In this document: positions 61,801-64,000 of the stretch, piece after piece | Numbering within the stretch: position 1 is the stretch's first letter | Layout: each line of letters opens with the position of its first letter | DNA from: an uncultured bacterium | GTDB lineage: Bacteria; Babelota; Babeliae; Babelales; Vermiphilaceae | Length of the DNA: 64,000 nucleotides | Direction of reading: 5' to 3' | NCBI GenBank assembly: GCA_963707655.1 | Contig: OY970172.1 | Coordinates: forward strand, 512,001 to 576,000 | Translations under genes and position numbers: made by a program | The notes under the pieces: generated by a model | Database searches by the model: none | What the model was told of the DNA's origin: nothing | What the model saw: the letters and a program-made list of their open reading frames with translations, nothing else

Positions 61801-64000
61801 CGAAGTGAAGCTTGTCTCACCCGTGCCGCCACCTGCTACTACGGCCGTGCCAAATGAAGGTTGTGCTGCAACGCCATTGGAAATCAACGGAATGCCGCTT
61901 GTTGATGAAGGGGCAATTGTTGCGACTGCTGAAGTGCCATTGCCGGCGACAAGACTATATTGAGGGATGCTTGTTAGTCCCGTTCCGCCATAAGAAACGC
62001 TCAAAGGTTCGGCTACATCAATGTTTAACGAATTGACTCCGGGAGTAAACGTGAGTGTGCCGCCGATAGAGGTGAGCGCAGCAAAAGCAGGTGCTGTTCC
62101 TGTTGCGCCCAACAACACTTGACCATTTGTGCCAAGTGGCAATGAATGCAACGCCCCATTTGGAGAGCCAACTTGCACAGCATTGGTCGTAGTGTTTGCA
62201 ACATTAACCACCGGAGATATTGCAGTACCCGTGATTGATATATTATTGCCGGCGTTTACCATGGTAACAACGCCGATCGTGCTTACGGGCTGAAATGATG
62301 GAGCATTGCCCGCGCCATTTGAGGTTAATACATAATCAGCAAGGCCAACATTCGTAGTATTTAATTTGGTACCGTCAAAATAAACAACCCCATCAGTGTT
62401 GCTCATAGATGTTGCATTGGTACCACCACTGGCGATAGCAACAGGAATTGATAAAGAATATTGCAATGTTGTTGAATTGGAACTTAAAGATAATCCGGTG
62501 CCCACCGTTGGTGTTACAAATGCAGGATCGGCCGATGGGCCGGCTGCTACCAATATCTGACCGGCATTTCCCGGACCGGTAGAAGCGATATTTGATGTTC
62601 CCTCGCCGAGCAAAATGCTATGAGCCGTGAAACTTGTTTCTCCTGTTCCCCCGCCGGGAACGGTTGCTACGCCAAATGAAGGGTCAACGTTTGCACCGTT
62701 AGACATTAATACTTGGCCCGCTGTTCCGGGAGCAATCAGAGCAACCTGTGCAGTGCCTTCACCGACTAAAAGATTATGGGCAGTAAGTGATGATAAGCCG
62801 GTGCCACCATGAATAACCGAGACAGGCGACGTTAAATTTACCACCGGAGAATTGGTTGTGCCGGTAATATTTATACCGGTGCCACCGACAACCGTGGTTA
62901 CTGCACCACTTGCGCTAACCGGTTGCCATGTTGGTACAGATGATGAGCCGGTGCTGGTAAATACATAGTTAACATTAGATTGTCCTGTTGATGCACTTTG
63001 GAGTGCTCCTGTGCCCGTTGTTCCGCCAACAATTGGTGCGTACGAAGTGAAGCTTGTCTCACCCGTGCCGCCACCTGCTACTACGGCCGTGCCAAATGAA
63101 GGTTGTGCTGCAACGCCATTAGAAATTAATGGAATGCCGCTTGTTGATGAAGGGGCAATTGTTGCGACTGCTGAAGTGCCATTACCGGCGACAAGACTAT
63201 ATTGAGGTATGCTTGTTAGTCCCGTTCCGCCATAAGAAACGCTCAAAGGAGCGGTTACGTCAATACTCAATGAATTTGTACCGGGAGTAAACGTGAGTGT
63301 GCCGCCGGTAGAGGTAAGCGCGGCAAAAGCAGGTGCTGTTCCTGTTGCGCCCAACAACACTTGACCATTTGTGCCAAGTGGCAATGAATGCAACGCCCCA
63401 TTTGGAGAGCCAACTTGCACAGCATTGGTCGTAGTGTTTGCAACATTAACCACCGGAGATATTGCAGTACCCGTGATTGATATATTATTGCCGGCGTTTA
63501 CCATGGTAACAACGCCGATCGTGCTTACGGGCTGAAATGATGGAGCATTGCCCGCGCCATTTGAGGTTAATACATAATCAGCAAGGCCAACATTGGTTGT
63601 ATTTAATTTGGTACCGTCAAAATAAACAACCCCATCAGTGTTGCTCATTGATGTTGCATTGGTACCACCACTGGCGATAGCAACAGGAATTGATAAAGAA
63701 TATTGCAATGTTGTTGAATTGGAACTTAAAGATAATCCGGTGCCCACCGTTGGTGTTACAAATGCAGGATCGGCCGATGGGCCGGCTGCTACCAATATCT
63801 GACCGGCATTTCCCGGACCGGTAGAAGCGATATTTGATGTTCCCTCGCCGAGCAAAATGCTATGAGCCGTGAAACTTGTTTCTCCTGTTCCCCCGCCGGG
63901 AACGGTTGCTGTGCCAAATGAAGGGTCAACGTTTGCACCGTTAGACATTAATACTTGGCCCGCTGTTCCGGGAGCAATCAGAGCAACCTGTGCAGTGCCT
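43819..64000 (-). CDS. Giant fibre/adhesin-like protein (>6,700 aa, 5'-truncated) with C-terminal peptidase S74 chaperone domain
   Basis: The frame stays open to the window end. G/S/T/A/N-rich, with xGGTG repeats, NTAVGYQAL-type repeats and C-terminal SSRRHKDNI...YGLIAEDV..IYPELV...VRY plus a coiled coil. Confidence 0.9.
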   Translation of the reverse strand, partial: GTAQVALIAPGTAGQVLMSNGANVDPSFGTATVPGGGTGETSFTAHSILLGEGTSNIASTGPGNAGQILVAAGPSADPAFVTPTVGTGLSLSSNSTTLQYSLSIPVAIASGGTNATSMSNTDGVVYFDGTKLNTTNVGLADYVLTSNGAGNAPSFQPVSTIGVVTMVNAGNNISITGTAISPVVNVANTTTNAVQVGSPNGALHSLPLGTNGQVLLGATGTAPAFAALTSTGGTLTFTPGTNSLSIDVTAPLSVSYGGTGLTSIPQYSLVAGNGTSAVATIAPSSTSGIPLISNGVAAQPSFGTAVVAGGGTGETSFTSYAPIVGGTTGTGALQSASTGQSNVNYVFTSTGSSSVPTWQPVSASGAVTTVVGGTGINITGTTNSPVVNLTSPVSVIHGGTGLSSLTAHNLLVGEGTAQVALIAPGTAGQVLMSNGANVDPSFGVATVPGGGTGETSFTAHSILLGEGTSNIASTGPGNAGQILVAAGPSADPAFVTPTVGTGLSLSSNSTTLQYSLSIPVAIASGGTNATSMSNTDGVVYFDGTKLNTTNVGLADYVLTSNGAGNAPSFQPVSTIGVVTMVNAGNNISITGTAISPVVNVANTTTNAVQVGSPNGALHSLPLGTNGQVLLGATGTAPAFAALTSIGGTLTFTPGVNSLNIDVAEPLSVSYGGTGLTSIPQYSLVAGNGTSAVATIAPSSTSGIPLISNGVAAQPSFGTAVVAGGGTGETSFTSYAPIVGGTTGTGALQSASTGQSNVNYVFTSTGSSSVPTWQPVSASGAVTTVVGGTGINITGTTNSPVVNLTSPVSVIHGGTGLSSLAAHNLLVGEGTAQVALIAPGTAGQVLMSNGASADPSFGTATVPGGGTGQTSFTAHSVLLGEGASSIASAGPGNAGQILVAAGASADPAFVTPTVGTGLSLSSNSTTLQYSLSVPVAIASGGTNATSMANTDGVVYFDGTKLNTTAVGTTNYVLTSNGAGNAPSFQAVSTSGAVTAVNQGNNISITGTTTSPVVNVAGTTTNAVQIGSSNGALHSLSLGTSGQVLTSNGSGNSPSWQSFSITGDTGGALTGNSFTFTGGTTGLKFNGTGTTETLGGTLAVSNGGTGTINFAPYAPVIGGVTTQGALQSASTGQLIAGSVFTSNGSGLAPTWEPVSASGAVTSVTGGNGINITGTATSPVINLTSPVSIANGGTNAKSFSSPYGIVYYNGTQLVTADTGPASSVLASNGAGNSPSSVSFSSSDIPDTLVLRDGSGNFAANTIMADTINLNPVSGNAITVNGNDFTVDYQGNTNIAGDVTLTNPVGTLQLPAGTHAAPSLTFTGNTNSGLSASASALSFNTNGVERMGITTGGTVYIDGFATAGVVHNDASGNLSSSLIVNADIAVNAAIANGKLATLTTPGLVANSATTATSTNTANAIVSRDASGNFSAGTITASLVGNVTGAASLNVLKAGDTMTGNLNMALQNAIRLQDGTGTGNYVGLNAPATVPTSYTVSFPSTPPTANQILQANPSTPTNLQWVSQSGSTSPTSSRIIYVSTYGNDTTGNGSFTYPYASLAKAVTVANAISTITDPVVISIAAGTYTENNSAGPITITASGVSVVGESAISTIIVPTTLSNDLLAATVNSRFIELTLNSGGASTANGIALSGSGNTSSLSAVQLLNFGTGILCAGTDSTYALDYCIFRENGTGLSINDATVFCVGCGIQGTITGSPANVGLNATGSGATIIYQSGVVQNCTTGVTLTNNADINILATAFSNNLYDVVQSGAAQSVLDGCTFQINEPGSLDIQVSGAGTQANIIACYFDGRDSSGNPQGTAIIITDEASAGMKSTRIQNYITGIQIGNPGDTASTTLIAAAVGVFTSTTDLVQNGTATVNFTAGTLSSSAISVNNSTNVTLAYFDQSNNNALSIGHFSDTDTPLVAASLGSANNPEIAYNSSLYSTQAIGYQNQMTSPASLFVLSAAPATLTAITTDRTQIAGVRLVSDEGTPVGGTTALRGWDIEKIGSGAQLAFNYQNSDTVGQSAIPEYTLMQLDGVANQLQLPNTSPSAPTKIVFGGDTYLYRNSANTLETSGNFIVGTLNPSTATITNASNELASSITTATELSYLSGTTSSVQTQLNGKVSKAGDTMTGTLQLPAGSTSAPSLTFTGNTNSGLSASASALSFDTNGLERMAISNGGTISIDGFTSAGVVHNDASGNLSSSLIVNADISNTAAIANGKLATLTTPGLVANSATTATNTNTPNAIVSRDSSGNFSAGTITANLIGTVTGTASGDLPLTGGTLTGTLVLPAGSSSVPSLQFTGSTNTGLSAPSTNTLSFDVNGSEAMNINSSGQVTIDDLSSVGVVHNSAAGLLSTSLIVDADITTATITNDKLADISSSNVPGDIVVRDNSGDFATNMITIAGTPSANTDVATVAYVNSVVGTGIVVHTPAEVVGVTNYSPYGEQTIDGVALASGNRVLLTDQTTPVENGLWVAAVGAGSPWYRPTDFANGSEAGNAYVLILEGTNYAGSSWLCSTPLATIGTSPIFFQEFSLPSQVQGANVGSGTGQIYQGKTGLTLNFRTIFGDPYIAVTTSPTAVSITSDATPLNTDSTIVARDSSGNFAAGTITAANMTVTGNETVGGTLGVTGITTLNNTLNLTLQNAIDLQDSTGSGNYVGLKAPTTVPTSYTLSLPSTLPTANQILEASPSIPTNLQWVSQSGSTSPTSSRTIYVATFGNDTTGNGSFAYPYASLAKAVGVANAIATITDPVVISIAAGTYTENNSAGPLAITANGISITGAAAQATIVMPNTLSNDFISAVASTQITQLTFATAGTSSAAALTFSGSNNLFYISSLKIVGFQTAISCAGTNTQNFIDDCFLANNGTGILCNNAAIASNGCFIVGSETSIANTGISGTGSSARLLFATCSIQNCATGVTLTNSADINILATVFSNNMYDVVQSGAAESVLDGCTFQINEPGSFDIQVSGAGTQANIIACYFDGRDSSGNPQGTAVAVTGEGTINIDGCTIQNYITGLQVGATSNTDTASTSLTASSVVILDSLTNDIAQYGTSSILFTAGSASDDTFAINNSTNLTFAFFDLDDAGALAIGNYSNTSTRLLEVALSTADDHVLMYEPSLYSTQAIGYQNYEASPSSLFMLSQANANLTAITTDRTKTAGVRLVSDEGTPVGGTTALRGWDINKLGTGAQLAFNYQNSDTVGQAAIPEYTLMQLDGVANQLQLPNISPSAPTKIVFGGDTYLYRNSANTLETSGNFIVGTLNPSTATITNASNELASSITTATELSYLSGTTSSVQTQLNNKLSLTGGTMTGTLTLPAGSTSAPSLTFTGSAGTGLSANTGALNFSTSGSQRMGISSGGTVSIAGFTSPGVVHNDASGNLTSSLIVNADIASNAAIANGKLATLVTPGLVANSATTATNLDTPNAIVSRDASGNFSAGTITASLIGNVTGAASLNVLKAGDTMTGNLNMALQNAIRLQDGTGSANYVGLNAPATVPTSYTLSLPAALPTANQILQANSLTPTNLQWTNIGGDISPSVGRSIYVAEFGNDTTGNGSFVYPYASLAKAVSVANTLSTATNPILIIVGAGTYTENNSAGPITVTAAGISIVGASANSTFIIANTLSQNLIATTTGTRFIELTFEAIGSSTAAGIALSGTANTSSFSNVRVLNFQTGISCGGTNSTYLLNYCLLTGNGTGLSINAVTVFCNNCSITGSAASIANTGLSATGSTAAVLLAGGIIQNCATGVSLSNGADFNTRGAGFRNNTNSVLQASSSTAQISACTFQINPDSGISIQASGAGTITEIIGCYFNGLNALGSPQGTAIQVTGEATAMISSAQIIDYITGIRDGLSSDTSSTSVLVTSTDLANQTNDVIQNGSTTLDLSAGTANSDKISINNSANVSLAYFDQEDNSIVIGNLSNVANTLVEVANGDTNNPAIIYNPSIYSTEAIGYQNQATSPASLFVLSENNVSLTAITTNRTDVAGLRLVSDEGATVGGTSALRGWDINKIGGSDAKLTFSYQNSDTGDGAAVIPEYIVMELDGVNNQLQLPNTATEIVLGGDTYLYRSAANTLETTGNMVVGGSLTVTPLAAHGVLVGEASNPIVAVGPGSAGQLLLAAGASADPAFVTPTAGTGLTVTSNASTLQYALSTPVSIANGGTGATSFSSPDGVVYYNGTKLVTTNAGTANYVLTSNGSGNAPTFQPVSASGAITTIDGNSGSVSGSTVTIEGGNNITTSGSGSTLTVNVSGTTTNAVQVGSPNGALHSLPVGTNGQVLLGATGAYPAFGTLTSTSGTISYTTGANSLSIDLVPVTVAHGGTGATTLTQYDVLVGNGTSAITTVAPSAATGVPLISNGSAANPSFGTASVAGGGTGATSFNTNGVVISGTTGASALSSLSLTNGQVVIGSTGAAPAAATLTPGTGISIANAANSITIAASGAVPTTFTENSGTATPASNNLNIIGSPTQGITTAGSGSTVTITGINATSTQKGIASFSPTNFAVTNGNVTSKNFTITAGTGLTGGGPLTLGGSTTISLSTPVSVANGGTGLPTLTAHNVLLGEGTSNVGFVAPGSAGIPLISNGASSDPIFGTATVPGGGTGDTSFTAYAPITGGSTSTGNLQSASSGQSNVGYVLTSTGTTSLPTWQAVTAGGGIVTSVSAGNNIAITGTATAPIVNVAGTTPNAVQVGSPDGALHSLPVGSNGQVLIGATGAYPAFGTLTSTSGTISYTTGANSLSIDLVPVTVAHGGTGATTLTQYDVLVGNGTSAITTVAPSAATGVPLISNGSAANPSFGTASVAGGGTGATSFNTNGVVISGTTGASALSSLSLTNGQVVIGSTGAAPAAATLTPGTGISIANAANSITIAASGAVPTTFTENSGTATPASNNLNIIGSPTQGITTAGSGSTVTITGINATSTQKGIASFSPTNFAVTNGNVTSKNFTITAGTGLTGGGPLTLGGSTTISLSTPVSVANGGTGLPTLTAHNVLLGEGTSNVGFVAPGSAGIPLISNGASSDPIFGTATVPGGGTGDTSFTAYAPITGGSTSTGNLQSASSGQSNVGYVLTSTGTTSLPTWQAVTAGGGIVTSVSAGNNIAITGTATAPIVNVAGTTPNAVQVGSPDGALHSLPVGSNGQVLIGATGAYPAFGTLTSTSGTISYTTGANSLSIDLVPVTVAHGGTGATTLTQYDVLVGNGTSAITTVAPSAATGVPLISNGSAANPSFGTASVAGGGTGATSFNTNGVVISGTTGASALSSLSLTNGQVVIGSTGAAPAAATLTPGTGISIANAANSITIAASGAVPTTFTENSGTATPASNNLNIIGSPTQGITTAGSGSTVTISGINATSTQKGIASFNLTEFTVALGAVTSNPFTITAGTGLTGGGTLNLGGSTTISLSTPVSVANGGTGLPTLTAHNVLLGEGTSNVGFVAPGSAGIPLISNGASSDPIFGTATVPGGGTGDTSFTAYAPITGGSTSTGNLQSASSGQSNVGYVLTSTGTTSLPTWQAVTAGGGIVTSVSAGNNIAITGTATAPIVNVAGTTPNAVQVGSPDGALHSLPVGTNGQVLIGATGAYPAFGTLTSTSGTISYTTGANSLSIDLVPVTVAHGGTGATTLTQYDVLVGNGTSAITTVAPSATTGVPLISNGSAANPSFGTASVAGGGTGATTLTGVLIGNGTSAVTGNPVTQYDVLVGGTSNTINSITPSSTAGVPLISNGGSANPAFGTAVVAGGGTGATSFTANSVVISGATPTSALSGIQLSNGQLVIGSTGGAPAAASLTAGTGVTITPGSHSITIATSGSVPITFDGDIGAATPSSGVITFNANSNAGSTVKFSGSGSTIDLLVTSPTTKSTFIGLAAGNNSSPSSVNNTAVGYAALNSNTGSGNTAMGYEALLSNTTGSGNTAVGYSTMTSNTGGGNTAIGYAALNNNNTGSSNTAVGYASLFSNTTGSSNVAIGNNALQNNVGSNNVALGYQAGLALTTGSNNIDIGNGGVAAESNTTRIGTQGTQTSCYISGITGVTTANTNIATINSSTGQLGATNTVSVANGGTGQTSFTPYAPIIAGATSTSALLSATSGIANSGYVFASTGASTSPTFQSLSSLGAVTSVNGDAGSITPASGIIAFKALSTAGSTVMFSPTNSSTMALYTTSPTLLNTLIGLGAGNSSVTGSDNTGVGYQALNKLASGTDNTAFGYQALSVNTGGSNNTAIGYGALTLNTASNNTAVGTNAMLFNTTGTLNTAIGYNALFVNTTGANNVAVGYNALVANTTGSANVAIGNSALVANTTASNSVAVGNSALAANTAANNTAVGTSALAANSTGTPNTAVGYQALLVNNTGINNVALGYQTLDANTTGSANVAVGNNALGANVTASNSVAIGNNALAANTGSPNTAVGYAALQSNTTGVQNTAIGYETLQANTTGSGNVAEGYQALQANVTSSNNTAIGWQALNKNTASPNSAFGYAALQNNTTGTGDTAIGYETLKANTTGASNTAVGYQALTANTTGADNTAVGYQALKANTTGANNTAIGYNSLTANTTGTENTAIGYQAGAAITTGTNNIAIGYNAGSAMTTGSNNIVIGSTTPVSATTTSIYIGTQGTQTTCFIAGIHGNTTTGTAVDITTSGQLTNPTSSRRHKDNIQPLSATSNQLMQLDPVQFTYKSDDEKRKQYGLIAEDVYEIYPELVVHNLAGEIEAVRYSQLHALLLKGWQEQQQKIELQQQRIEELCKRCLDLEKCVEKMMS
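47045..51270. repeat. Intragenic tandem repeat, 1287-bp unit (429 aa), about 3.3 copies
   Basis: Identical shadow ORFs at 47493, 48780 and 50067 (offset 1287); the DNA copies are nearly identical. Confidence 0.9.
60880..64000. repeat. Intragenic tandem repeat, 1242-bp unit (414 aa), at least 2.5 copies
   Basis: Identical shadow ORFs at 61769 and 63011 (offset 1242); the repeat runs off the window end. Confidence 0.88.

Noticed and set aside
44697..63205. Many ORFs overlapping the giant gene, mostly on the + strand
   Set aside because: They are shadow frames of G/T/A/S-rich repeats and recur with the repeat period.
47045..64000. Repeats as a CRISPR array or diversity-generating retroelement
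   Set aside because: The units are over 1.2 kb, in-frame and coding, with no spacers; no cas or reverse transcriptase gene is in the window.
42894..64000. Prophage (Ku plus tail-fibre-like gene)
   Set aside because: No integrase, terminase, capsid or lysis genes are in the window; the region upstream of the giant gene is not visible.

Overview
A gene-dense, AT-rich bacterial window. Its content (many signal-peptide hypothetical proteins, Sel1-like repeats, scattered core operons) suggests an intracellular protist parasite such as Dependentiae/TM6; that taxonomy is an inference. Bases 1-43.7 kb interleave housekeeping genes (grpE, ssb, pgsA, mnmA, argS, tsf, frr, tRNA-Lys, tRNA-Leu, tig-like, trxB, rpmH, rnpA, PhoH2, uppS, gpsA, ku) with candidate secreted effectors. 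These include tandem Sel1-like proteins with a His-rich C-terminal domain, a secreted J-domain cluster, a secreted DUF4258-like protein and a BC-box/propeller-like protein. Two late pyrimidine-synthesis enzymes (DHODH and a fused PyrE-PyrF UMP synthase) both begin with signal-peptide-like leaders, while pyrH is absent from its usual tsf-frr position. uppS is split by a -1 shift at an A_AAA_AAG heptamer. A family of nested hairpin repeats occurs after ssb and between the tRNAs. The last 20 kb is the 3' part of one giant (>6,700 aa, 5'-truncated) phage-fibre-like protein with tandem repeats, three beta-helix-like modules and a C-terminal peptidase S74 autocleaving chaperone. All calls come from reading the sequence; no searches were run.
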